A stretch of 64,000 bases of DNA, from assembly GCA_040397965.1 (NCBI GenBank), contig JBBAUZ010000001.1, positions 4,144 to 68,143 of the forward strand. The letters run 5' to 3'. The position numbers and the translations under genes were made by a program. The notes beneath the pieces were generated by a model. It had not been told where the DNA came from and ran no database searches. It saw only the letters and a program-made list of their open reading frames with translations. The stretch comes from Opitutales bacterium (lineage in GTDB: Bacteria > Verrucomicrobiota > Verrucomicrobiia > Opitutales > UBA953). Below are positions 48,127 through 57,474 of the stretch, piece by piece; the stretch's first letter is position 1, and every line of letters begins with the position of its first letter.

Positions 48127-48827
48127 TTCGTTTCACCGATTTCTCGGCAGATTTTCATAGCCTCGGCGGCTGGATCGGTGGCTTTTAAAATGGGGCGTCC
48201 GACGACGATGAAGCTCGCGCCCGCTTGGGCTGCTTGAATCGGTGTCATGACTCGATTTTGATCATCCGCTTTACCGTCAGGATAACGAATCCCTGGTGTA
48301 ACTAAAACGGGCTTCGGACCTAATTCTTTTCGGAGTAGTGGTAATTCTAATGGAGAGCACACGCAGCCATGCACGCCGGACTGAATAGCCATTTTGGCGA
48401 GGAGTTTGACTTGGTCTTCGGGACTGGACTTTACACCCACAGCATTCAGCTGGGTCTGATCCATAGAGGTCAGAACCGTCACTGCTAAAAGTTGGCAGTC
48501 GGGAATGCTTTCTTTTGCCGCTGCGACTGCGCGCGTGAGCATTTCGGGTCCACCGCTTGCATGCAGGGTGAGCAGGGAGCAGGGGCGTCCTTTCAGACTT
48601 TTGATAGCGGAACTTACGGTGTTCGGAATATCGTGTAATTTTAAATCCAGAAATACTTTGAATCCTAACGCATGGAATTCATCCACGATGGTAGGGCCGT
48701 GTTTAACGAAAAGTTGTAGACCTAATTTCACCCAGGCTACTTTTCCCATTAAGGGACGAACTAAAGCCAGTGCCTCTTCTTTGCTTTCAACATCAAGAGC
48801 GAGAATGAGACGGCACGGATTTCCCAT
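48123..48827 (-). CDS. pyrF: Orotidine 5'-phosphate decarboxylase
   Basis: 234 aa. LILALDV, FLDLKLHDIPNT and VVGRPI motifs. 4-nt overlap with ispD. Confidence 0.88.
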   Translation of the reverse strand: MGNPCRLILALDVESKEEALALVRPLMGKVAWVKLGLQLFVKHGPTIVDEFHALGFKVFLDLKLHDIPNTVSSAIKSLKGRPCSLLTLHASGGPEMLTRAVAAAKESIPDCQLLAVTVLTSMDQTQLNAVGVKSSPEDQVKLLAKMAIQSGVHGCVCSPLELPLLRKELGPKPVLVTPGIRYPDGKADDQNRVMTPIQAAQAGASFIVVGRPILKATDPAAEAMKICREIGETK

Positions 48828-48870
48828 ACGCCACTTTTAGGTCTTAAAATCTTAATCTGCGAGAGTTAAA

Positions 48871-49332
48871 TTATATCTTTAATCTAAATTTAATGACGAC
48901 CTTGAGTACTTCGCAGGGTTTGGAAATTTGCACCCCGGGTTGATGTGCATCGGACGGGTAGAAAATCGTAAACTGTGAAGGGTAGAGATGGAGTAGGCTC
49001 GAGGGTTGGGTCGGAGCTACAAATTTGGCTACATCCTTTTCGGCAGAATAAGGTTCTAGTATTTGCAGGAGCGAAACATCGTGGTGTCCGCAGTATTCTT
49101 CGCCGGCAAAGACAACTTGGATGTCACCGAAAACTTGGTGTGCTTCCCACTTTTTTTCGGCAGTCGGTTTGGTCGGATAACGTTGAACACCCGCAACACA
49201 ATCTGGCCCGACAATTTCATATTTTCCGTCCGGTGTTTTGGGGTTGAAGGATTTCAGCCACTGGAAGGCAGCAGGAAAATAGGGATGTAAATTTTCGATT
49301 CGCTGAGAATGGATGAGTAGGTCCTGAATCAT
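48871..49332 (-). CDS. YhcH/YjgK/YiaL (DUF386) family protein
   Basis: Start set at the internal ATG at 49330-49332 (MIQDLLIHSQRIENL...). The track start at 49473 would overlap the upstream gene by 137 nt. WEAHQVFGDIQVVFAGEE and FYPSDAH motifs fit the family. Confidence 0.75.
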   Translation of the reverse strand: MIQDLLIHSQRIENLHPYFPAAFQWLKSFNPKTPDGKYEIVGPDCVAGVQRYPTKPTAEKKWEAHQVFGDIQVVFAGEEYCGHHDVSLLQILEPYSAEKDVAKFVAPTQPSSLLHLYPSQFTIFYPSDAHQPGVQISKPCEVLKVVIKFRLKI

Positions 49333-49336
49333 AGGA

Positions 49337-49861
49337 TCATCCCTCGTCTTCGCTTTGAGCGACGTCGTCGATCGGCATTTCCACTGATTGTGGGGCACCG
49401 AGGAGGGTGAGGAGGACGGCGATTCTTTTTTGTGGGGTGGCGAGTTTGAGAACTTCGCCTTCTGACCCTGCAAAGATCCCGCGAATGACTTTGATTTTAG
49501 CGCCCACTTTTAATTCTTCGTCGAGCATCGACAAGATACCTTCGGGCCCCAGTGCTTTTAATTCATCGATGACTTTATCATCCACATCGACGGCTTTTCC
49601 ATTCTTACTGACTAAATGAAGGACGCCGCGTGTGCTTTTCACGGTGCCGTGTAAGTCTTCGGGATTAAATTTAATAAAGATATAACCAGGAAAAAGCGGC
49701 TCGATGACTTCTTTGTTTTTTTCATGTCCGCGACGAGTCCGGCGGATGCGCGGAAAGAAAATATCGATTTCGCCGACCGCTTTTAAATTACGAACCGCAA
49801 CCGCCTCTTGGCGAGGTTTAGACTTTAAACAGAACCAGAAATTTTCTCGTGCTTCACTCAT
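49337..49861 (-). CDS. NusG-family paralog (NGN + KOW; RfaH/UpxY-like specialised antiterminator)
   Basis: 174 aa. NGN-like FWFCLKSKPRQEAVAVRNL...PLFPGYIFIKF and KOW-like VGAKIKVIRGIFAGSEGEVLKL. Its ATG overlaps the ccsBA TGA (ATGA at 49858-49861). Confidence 0.7.
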   Translation of the reverse strand: MSEARENFWFCLKSKPRQEAVAVRNLKAVGEIDIFFPRIRRTRRGHEKNKEVIEPLFPGYIFIKFNPEDLHGTVKSTRGVLHLVSKNGKAVDVDDKVIDELKALGPEGILSMLDEELKVGAKIKVIRGIFAGSEGEVLKLATPQKRIAVLLTLLGAPQSVEMPIDDVAQSEDEG

Positions 49862-52800
49862 GCGGCTTTAACTTCACCTCGGGCTGGTAGCCAGCCGATG
49901 CCGATGACGAGCAACTGAGAAACCGCAAAGGCACAGAGCCAGAAGAAGCCAGACTCGGTGAATCCATAGCTGTGTAAACCTACACCGAGTAAATTAGTAC
50001 CAAACCAAGACCAGCTGGTGACGATATTACCAAAGACCAGCATTTGCATGAGCTCCTCGCGTTTAACCAGTCCACCCCAGCGAGCGTGTAGGCAAATCGC
50101 GCACCAAATCACAATGAGCAAGGCGCCGTTTTCTTTGGGATCCCAGCCCCAGAATCTTCCCCAACTTTGGTCGGCCCAGATTCCACCAAGCATCGTCCCG
50201 ACGAAGCTAGCGAGGAGGGCAAAGGCGAGAATACCGTAAGCGGCACGGGCGACGGATTCACCTTCCGCATATCCCTTCTTAAACGCACGTAGCCATAAAT
50301 GAATACCAGCGACGAGGCCAGCGACGTAGGTGGCTGAGTATCCAATGGTCACGGTGGTGACGTGAGTGGAGAGCCAGAAGTTTGAATCTAAGACGGCGCG
50401 CACGCTTTCTAAATTATCTTCACCGGAAAGACTGAGATTATGGGCGACGATTAAAGACACAAAGCCACTCACTCCCGCGGCTGCTGATCCAATACCATTC
50501 CGCCAAAGTTTTTCCAAAATGATACAGAGTAGAACCGCACCCCAGGCGACGAAGATACCTGAAGAGTAAAGATTGGTGACTGGGGGACGTTCATGCAGCC
50601 ACATCCTGAAAACTAAAGCTAAGGTGTGACAGACGAAAAGCGTGTTGAGTAAAGCAAATGCGACACTGTAGAAGCTGCGGGATTTTTCTGTGACCCAGCC
50701 CCAGAGTACGATTAAAACTAGAATAAAGTAAGCGATGAGTAACCAGTAGAATACTTGAAGGCGACTGAAGACCGTTTCGGCATCGGTACGTGAGGTCCAT
50801 GGACCGGTTTGTGAGGCATAAAGCGCACGAACTTGGGCGGCGCATTCATCGTCACGACCCTCGCGCCATGCCATACAGAAACTTGCGTAACGGGTCAGTG
50901 TGCCGTCGGGAGCAAGAGCGGGACGGTGTTTGTCACGTTCGGTGATAACGGAGAGTAGCGCGGTACCTAAGTTATCCCAGCTGTTGTCGTTGATATTTTT
51001 AGGTGGGACGATGCGAATTGTGCCATCGCGGGAAAGCTCTTGATAGCGCTGAACGAGAATTTTCAGATTCTCTTGAAGTTTTTGGTCAAAGGCGGGTGCG
51101 TTCGTGCTGGTTTTGGCGTTCTTCTGCATTTGCAGTGCTGCGGCATTTAACGAACTCAACCAAACATCGTATTCTTGTTGTGGAGGAATTTCCGCAGGCA
51201 AATCTCCAGGAATAAATGTGATCATTAACAGTGAATAATGTCTCGCCGCATTTTCTAACTGAATAATCGCGCGGTCCTCGACATCACGATCGGCTTGGGG
51301 CAAGGCCCGCGATTTTTCTGCAGCTTTCGTGAGGCTCTCGCTGTGTTTGACGACATCATTCCAGGTGATGAATTTAGTTTTCTCGGGATCACGTCCCATC
51401 ATTTTTAGAACAACAGGGTGGTCGACGCGGAAGGTGGGGAGGAATTTGGCAACATGTCCACGGAAGGAAACTTCTATTAACCAATCGAGTGCACTGACTG
51501 ATTTTCCTTTCAGATTAACCGGACGTAATTCCAGTGCCGATTTGGCAGTAGCATCTAATTCGGGTAATTCTTTAGCAATTAAGGCAGACTCTTCGGCGGT
51601 CCAGGTTGAGGGCTTCTTACCAAACGCAACGGCTTCTGCGTCGGTGAGTGCGATTCCGTGTCGTGCGCGCATTTGTAGCAGTGAGGAACTGGCCAAGGTT
51701 TCGATGGGAATAACACGTCCACCACTTTGTACGGGCATATTACCAAATTCTTTTGAATCCCATTTTTTCTCAGCTGATTCAGCGCTTATAGGTAAGATGC
51801 CCAGTGCGAGAATACTGAGAGCGGTGTTTGCGGAGCGACGACTAATAAACTGGCCGAGTGATAGACAAAAATGCCAGAGCAGGCCCAGGGACATCAGACT
51901 GACTGAAATATAGGGGATGAGCCAACCGGGATTACGCACCACTTGAAGGACGGAAATATTTTTACCATCTTCGGTGGCGCCAAAACTTGACTGGAAAAAA
52001 GTCATTCCACCATGACGCATCGGTTGATTCATGGAGATCGTGTAGGGGAACTTACTCGTTTCGCCCGTTACGAAAACATCGCTGACGAAACGTTTGGGGA
52101 TGTCAGTCCCTGGATATTTCTCGTGAGTAAATTGATTAAGGGTAATGGAGAAGGGTAGATAGTAGCGAAGTTTTCGCAGAGCTATTTCGTAATTTTTTCC
52201 ATCGTGGACGAAAGTTTGTGGGGGGAGGGACTCCACCATCGGAGCATTCAGAATCCAAGAGCCGAGATTCGCTTGGCCTGAATTAATTTGGACGATGGCT
52301 AGGGGATTGTTGGGATTATTATCATCAAAACTTTCAGGAATCGGTTTGTATGACAAGGGCGCACGGGCGCCGACACCTTGCGTCACTGCCGCGGGCACTC
52401 CTTGGGGAAATTGAGACTTCGATCTCAAAATAGCATTGGGATAATAATTTAATATTTTTGCGGTGAAGGGTGTATTCGGCAGACTAATCTCAGATTTCTG
52501 GCCTCCATTTTTTCGCAAAAGTTCTTCAGGTACGGAGATTACTTTATCGGTTCCATTTGCAGTATGTTCGATGACCACTAATTCATAACTACGGAAGGAT
52601 TCGGAATAGTTACGTTTTCCTTTCTCGGGGATGACCATTGCAGATTCATCTTGGTAGATGGCGGTGACGAATCCACCGATGAGCAGGAGCAGTAAGCCAA
52701 CGTGGATCATTTTAATACCCCAGTGCTTATAACCTTTCTTCTCTTTAAACTTTTGAAAGTGGGCGCAGATTAAATTGATGACGAGTAAGAGTCCCAAAAG

Positions 52801-53028
52801 AAAGCCGCCAGGGAGGGGCAGGTGAAGGGGAGCGGAGGAATTGAGCGGGTAAATGGAATACCAGCTATTGAAATACTCTTTCTGGACGTGCCAGATGCCC
52901 CAATGAACCTGTTCGAGTGTGCCTAGGAAAATGACCACCATGGATAAACTAAGCAGTACGACGGTGAGCTTAAGTGAGGCAGCCAGTTGGTAACTGCGAC
53001 TTAAAATAGTGGATAGGTTCATACTCAC
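49858..53028 (-). CDS. ccsBA: Fused system II cytochrome c biogenesis protein CcsB(ResB)-CcsA(ResC)
   Basis: 1056 aa. N-terminal ResB-like TM/periplasmic domain. C-terminal CcsA with the WWD-type motif WGRFWGWDPKENGAL and conserved His residues. The start may be GTG at 53028 or ATG at 53022. Confidence 0.8.
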   Translation of the reverse strand: MSMNLSTILSRSYQLAASLKLTVVLLSLSMVVIFLGTLEQVHWGIWHVQKEYFNSWYSIYPLNSSAPLHLPLPGGFLLGLLLVINLICAHFQKFKEKKGYKHWGIKMIHVGLLLLLIGGFVTAIYQDESAMVIPEKGKRNYSESFRSYELVVIEHTANGTDKVISVPEELLRKNGGQKSEISLPNTPFTAKILNYYPNAILRSKSQFPQGVPAAVTQGVGARAPLSYKPIPESFDDNNPNNPLAIVQINSGQANLGSWILNAPMVESLPPQTFVHDGKNYEIALRKLRYYLPFSITLNQFTHEKYPGTDIPKRFVSDVFVTGETSKFPYTISMNQPMRHGGMTFFQSSFGATEDGKNISVLQVVRNPGWLIPYISVSLMSLGLLWHFCLSLGQFISRRSANTALSILALGILPISAESAEKKWDSKEFGNMPVQSGGRVIPIETLASSSLLQMRARHGIALTDAEAVAFGKKPSTWTAEESALIAKELPELDATAKSALELRPVNLKGKSVSALDWLIEVSFRGHVAKFLPTFRVDHPVVLKMMGRDPEKTKFITWNDVVKHSESLTKAAEKSRALPQADRDVEDRAIIQLENAARHYSLLMITFIPGDLPAEIPPQQEYDVWLSSLNAAALQMQKNAKTSTNAPAFDQKLQENLKILVQRYQELSRDGTIRIVPPKNINDNSWDNLGTALLSVITERDKHRPALAPDGTLTRYASFCMAWREGRDDECAAQVRALYASQTGPWTSRTDAETVFSRLQVFYWLLIAYFILVLIVLWGWVTEKSRSFYSVAFALLNTLFVCHTLALVFRMWLHERPPVTNLYSSGIFVAWGAVLLCIILEKLWRNGIGSAAAGVSGFVSLIVAHNLSLSGEDNLESVRAVLDSNFWLSTHVTTVTIGYSATYVAGLVAGIHLWLRAFKKGYAEGESVARAAYGILAFALLASFVGTMLGGIWADQSWGRFWGWDPKENGALLIVIWCAICLHARWGGLVKREELMQMLVFGNIVTSWSWFGTNLLGVGLHSYGFTESGFFWLCAFAVSQLLVIGIGWLPARGEVKAA

Positions 53029-53624
53029 GGAAGTTGAGTTTGGGTTACCATTTTTAAGAATCCATCCCTCTCCGCAGTCACGATAGGAGTGTCACCCGTA
53101 AACTTGAAAAACCAAGATGCGTTATTTTTTGGAAGGATGACGGCGAGGGTAGATTTATTTCCATCGGTTGAGGTGATTTGATAGACTCGACCTGATAAAT
53201 TACCGACGGTGAGAGAACTTTGGCCGGACTTAATTTTTTCTTCGCTGACTTTTTCTAAGCCCAGTTGGCCACGCCAGCGATTGACGTTGGCGGCATCGCC
53301 ACCCACATCTCCAGGGAAAACGGTAATAGTGATTTCTGCTTTACCACCCTCATTGCTTGAAATGGTCCAACTCCCTTTGCGCATCGGGTTGGGTGGTGAG
53401 GCGATCCAGCTCGAGGGAATGGAGCCCCACTTCGGTTCACCAAACGTGGCAACTTCAGCTTGCATGTTTGCATCGCCGATCATGGCACTCGGTGTCGTAG
53501 CTGGCTCGGCTTTAGCTTTTGTTGAAACAGGAGCTTTCTCTGACTTAACTTCGTAGGTCGAAACCTTGGGCTCGGGCTTGCAGGCAACCAAGATGAGCGG
53601 AAGAATGATTAGCCAAAATTTCAT
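53025..53624 (-). CDS. Hypothetical lipoprotein coupled to ccsBA
   Basis: 199 aa with lipobox LVAC. No Cys apart from the lipobox Cys. Its TGA overlaps or abuts the ccsBA start. Confidence 0.5.
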   Translation of the reverse strand: MKFWLIILPLILVACKPEPKVSTYEVKSEKAPVSTKAKAEPATTPSAMIGDANMQAEVATFGEPKWGSIPSSWIASPPNPMRKGSWTISSNEGGKAEITITVFPGDVGGDAANVNRWRGQLGLEKVSEEKIKSGQSSLTVGNLSGRVYQITSTDGNKSTLAVILPKNNASWFFKFTGDTPIVTAERDGFLKMVTQTQLP

Positions 53625-53727
53625 TACATTTCACACAATAACCCGCACCCTTGTTGGCAATCAAAAGGCGGAGATATCAAGTAAACTAATGGGGGGTATT
53701 CTTAATTTGACCCCTTAAGTACTGATT

Positions 53728-54831
53728 TTAGTTAGCAAAACGGAAGAGGGTGACGTCTCCGTCCTTAAACAGGTATTCTTTTCCTTCGAGGCGATATTTT
53801 CCAGCGTCGCGAGCGGCGGCAACGGAGCCCAACTTAACAAGGTCGGCATAGGCGACGACTTCGGCTTTAATAAAACCTTTTTCGAAGTCGGTGTGAATCA
53901 CCCCTGCACACTGCGGAGCGGTCATGCCACTGCGAAATGTCCAAGCGCGAACTTCTTTTTCACCAGCAGTGAAATAGGTAGCGAGTCCAAGTAATTTATA
54001 CGCTCCACGGATAAGTCCCGAGACACCCGAGTCGGTTACGCCGAGTGCACTGAGATAATCTTTGGCTTCATTAGGCGGTAGGTCGCAAAGTTCGGCCTCA
54101 ACTTGAGCGCAAATCACGACAGCTTCACAGCCGGATTGTTCAGCAATATGTTTACGAACGGCTTCGACGTAAGGGTTCTTGGAAGGATCGGCTAAATGTT
54201 CTTCGGCGACATTGCAGGCGTAGAGAACTGATTTAGAAGACAACAGAGCATAACTCTTAATACGTGCTCTTTCTTCTTCGTTCACCGATAAGCTCGAGGC
54301 TGGTTTGCCTTCGTTTAAATGTTTGATGAGGCGGGTGAGTAATTCGACGTTTGCGATAGCGTCTTTGTCCTGACTCTTAATTTTTTTCTGATTCTTATCG
54401 AGTTGTTGTTCGGCCGATTGAATGTCTGCTAAAATGAGTTCAGTTTCAATCACGCCGATATCGCGGATGGGATCCACTTTACCCATGTTATGTACGATGT
54501 CATCATTATCGAAACAACGGACGACGTGGACGACCGCATCGACCTCACGAATATTTGCTAAAAATTTATTTCCTAAACCTTCACCTTTGGAAGCGCCGGC
54601 AACCAATCCAGCGATGTCTACGAATTCGATAGCGGCAGGAATAACTACTTTGGTGCCAGCAATTTTTTGAAGTTCGAAGAGACGATCGTCGGGGACTTCG
54701 ACCACACCGACATTGGGTTCGATGGTACAGAATGGGTAGTTCGCCGCCTCAGCTTTGCGTGAGCGCGTGAGAGCGTTGAAGAGAGTAGACTTACCGACGT
54801 TGGGTAGTCCGACGATGCCTGCCTGTAACAT
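53728..54831 (-). CDS. ychF: Ribosome-binding ATPase YchF
   Basis: 367 aa. GIVGLPNVGKSTLFNALT, DIAGLV, and a C-terminal TGS-like domain. Confidence 0.93.
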   Translation of the reverse strand: MLQAGIVGLPNVGKSTLFNALTRSRKAEAANYPFCTIEPNVGVVEVPDDRLFELQKIAGTKVVIPAAIEFVDIAGLVAGASKGEGLGNKFLANIREVDAVVHVVRCFDNDDIVHNMGKVDPIRDIGVIETELILADIQSAEQQLDKNQKKIKSQDKDAIANVELLTRLIKHLNEGKPASSLSVNEEERARIKSYALLSSKSVLYACNVAEEHLADPSKNPYVEAVRKHIAEQSGCEAVVICAQVEAELCDLPPNEAKDYLSALGVTDSGVSGLIRGAYKLLGLATYFTAGEKEVRAWTFRSGMTAPQCAGVIHTDFEKGFIKAEVVAYADLVKLGSVAAARDAGKYRLEGKEYLFKDGDVTLFRFAN

Positions 54832-54865
54832 AGAGTTTGCAACGTGGGCTTCCTTGCCCCGAAGG

Positions 54866-55276
54866 TCAAGAGCCGGAAATGAACAATGGCAAACTCTCTG
54901 CTTCTTCGCGGGTTTTGCTGTTCGGCAGGATGACTTCTTGGTCCGGTAAGGTGCGACCTTTGATGAGTTTAGCTAAGCAGACCCGACCCTTAATTGATTG
55001 CACGTTTAGTAATGCCGTCGTTTTCAGGTCATTGTCACGTGCGATGATCATATCATTCTCCCTGAGATTAAATTCTGGAACTTCTCTCACCAAGTGGACG
55101 GCGACGAGCCCGTTGAACTCGGACGAACGTCCAACAAACCCAACGCGGTAGTTGGTGGAACTACCCGTGGGTTTACTGAACGGCGAACTCGGTTCAATAA
55201 CTTCAGACTCTGTTGGCGTCGTCGCACAACCCACAAGGAGTGATGCAAGAACGACGCAACAGAGACGTGAAATCAC
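54866..55276 (-). CDS. Small hypothetical lipoprotein directly abutting the rpoD stop codon
   Basis: 136 aa with a GTG start immediately after the rpoD TAA. Lipobox LLVGC. No recognisable domain. Confidence 0.45.
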   Translation of the reverse strand: MISRLCCVVLASLLVGCATTPTESEVIEPSSPFSKPTGSSTNYRVGFVGRSSEFNGLVAVHLVREVPEFNLRENDMIIARDNDLKTTALLNVQSIKGRVCLAKLIKGRTLPDQEVILPNSKTREEAESLPLFISGS

Positions 55277-57370
55277 TTAGAGCTGCTGATTTTGTTGCTG
55301 CTGTTGGCGGTGCGCAGCGATGAAGTCGTTGTTCTTCTGACGGAACGCTTCTAAGGTAGCGCTAGGCTTGTCGATTTCGCTTAATTTATCGGGATCGGTT
55401 TCAGGATCCACGAAATTATCAAAGCCTGGACCGGAAGTATCGAGTTCACCTTCAAACATGCCTTGGAGTTTACGCATGCGGGTGGGGTGACGCATCTTGC
55501 GGAGAGCCTTTGCTTCAATTTGGCGAATACGTTCACGCGTTACTTTGAAGTGGCGACCCACTTCTTCGAGCGTGCGTTGTACGCCGTCGAGTAAACCGAA
55601 ACGCAGAATTAAAACTTCTTTTTCGCGTTCGGCTAACGAATGCAGAACGAAGTCAATCTTCTCACGGAGGAGTCGGGTAGAAGCAGTATCGCTCGGATTT
55701 TCAGCTGATTTATCTTCAATGAAATCGCCCAAGGAAGTATCTTCGCCGTCACCGACGGGTGATTGTAAGGAGATAGGCTGTTGAGCCATCTTCATGATTT
55801 GTTGTACGCGATCGATGGCCATGTTCATCTCGTTGGCGACTTCTTCCGCGGTAGGTTCGTGACCTAATTCCTGGGTTAATTGTTTTTGCACCTGCATCAC
55901 CTTGTTCAGGGTTTCAATCATGTGCACCGGAATACGGATGGTACGAGCTTGGTCCGCGATGGAGCGAGTGATGGCTTGGCGGATCCACCAGGTAGCGTAG
56001 GTGGAGAATTTATAGCCGCGGCGATACTCGAATTTTTCAACAGCTTTAACTAAGCCCATGTTGCCTTCTTGAATGAGGTCGGTGAAGAGTAGACCGCGAT
56101 TCTGGTATTTCTTCGCAATCGAAATAACCAAGCGCAAGTTGTGCTCAACCATTTCAGTTTTGGCTTTTTGTGCTTCGTCTAAATGTTTACGCACGGAACG
56201 CACGCAGTGCAGAAGTTCGGTCGGCGACATGCGCCAGCGACGCTCAATCTCTTGGGCGCGAGTGGAGGAGACTTCGGGACGGCGAGCGAGTTTGGCACGC
56301 ACGGGTCCGCGCATGATCGGTGCGGGGTTGCCGAGAATGCGGCAGTCTTCGAGGTCGGCCTTGAGTTCAGGTAATTCCAACCAGTCTTCAAAGAGCTTCA
56401 TCTTGAAGAAGAATTTACGGAGGATGTCTTTGCATCCTTCTTTGCTGGTTAATTCAATCTTTCGGTAAGCTTCGCGCGCTTTGGCTTTCTTGCCGCTATC
56501 ATTTTCTTCGCTATACTTTTTCCAGGCCTTGTTGAGACGTTCTTCTAATTTGATACATTCATCAATGGCTTTGGGTAAGTTTTTATAATAAGTATCACGT
56601 GACTCTACTTTCTTATCGATAACGACTTTATCAAAGCGTTCTTCCTTCTTGAAAACTTTTTGGGCGAGATCGAGTTGGTAGGGGAGGGTGAGCCAGCAGG
56701 AGAAGAGGAATTCTTGGGCGCGCAATTCGGTATCTTCGATGCGTTTAGAAATTTCGACTTCTTGTTCGCGGGTGAGCAGGGGTTTGTGACCCATCTGCTT
56801 GAGATAAACATTGAAGGGATCGTAAGGAGCGTCGGCCGGTACGGTACGGGCAGCTTCTTCTTCTGACTCGTCGATTTTCTTTTGGTACATTTCGACTTCT
56901 TCTTCGTCGAGTAACTTGATTTCCAAGTTATCGAGAATGTTCATGATGTTTTCAATTAACTCGGCATCCGTGGCACTATCAGGGATTACTTCGTTAATAT
57001 TTTGTACGGTGACGTAGCCATTCTTCTTAGAGAGCCCAACGAGAATTTGAACTTTTTCATTAACATCTTTGGGGATGATTGGAACGCTCAGGGACTTGTC
57101 TTTACCAAACGGAATCGGCTTAGGAGCGATTTTGGCTAAGATCTTCTGATCAATCACCGGTTTAACTACGGCTTTTGCGACGACTGGAGCAGCTTTGACG
57201 GGTGCTGGTTTGCCTTTGGTAATCACCGGTTTGCTGACCGGTTTGGCGGCAACTGGCTTCGCCAGTGCTTTGCCTACGGGTTTCGCTACGGCTTTTACTG
57301 CGCTAGGTTTAGCGGCAGGCTTAGCAGGTTTTTTGGAGTGAGCTTTTTTATTATTTTTGGATTCGGGCAT
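55277..57370 (-). CDS. rpoD: Primary RNA polymerase sigma factor (sigma-70 family, RpoD) with a Lys/Ala/Pro-rich N-terminal extension
   Basis: 697 aa. Region 2 ([19 protein letters not shown]), regions 3 and 4 ([30 protein letters not shown]), and a region 1.1-like acidic segment after residue 93. Confidence 0.93.
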   Translation of the reverse strand: MPESKNNKKAHSKKPAKPAAKPSAVKAVAKPVGKALAKPVAAKPVSKPVITKGKPAPVKAAPVVAKAVVKPVIDQKILAKIAPKPIPFGKDKSLSVPIIPKDVNEKVQILVGLSKKNGYVTVQNINEVIPDSATDAELIENIMNILDNLEIKLLDEEEVEMYQKKIDESEEEAARTVPADAPYDPFNVYLKQMGHKPLLTREQEVEISKRIEDTELRAQEFLFSCWLTLPYQLDLAQKVFKKEERFDKVVIDKKVESRDTYYKNLPKAIDECIKLEERLNKAWKKYSEENDSGKKAKAREAYRKIELTSKEGCKDILRKFFFKMKLFEDWLELPELKADLEDCRILGNPAPIMRGPVRAKLARRPEVSSTRAQEIERRWRMSPTELLHCVRSVRKHLDEAQKAKTEMVEHNLRLVISIAKKYQNRGLLFTDLIQEGNMGLVKAVEKFEYRRGYKFSTYATWWIRQAITRSIADQARTIRIPVHMIETLNKVMQVQKQLTQELGHEPTAEEVANEMNMAIDRVQQIMKMAQQPISLQSPVGDGEDTSLGDFIEDKSAENPSDTASTRLLREKIDFVLHSLAEREKEVLILRFGLLDGVQRTLEEVGRHFKVTRERIRQIEAKALRKMRHPTRMRKLQGMFEGELDTSGPGFDNFVDPETDPDKLSEIDKPSATLEAFRQKNNDFIAAHRQQQQQNQQL

Positions 57371-57474
57371 GTGTGGAAAGTGGTTGGTTGGTTTTATGTT
57401 ACCCTCTGTATACTAAGGGCTGGCTGATGAGGAAAAACTGCGAGGGCGGAATTCTGCGCTAAACTGGACTTATT

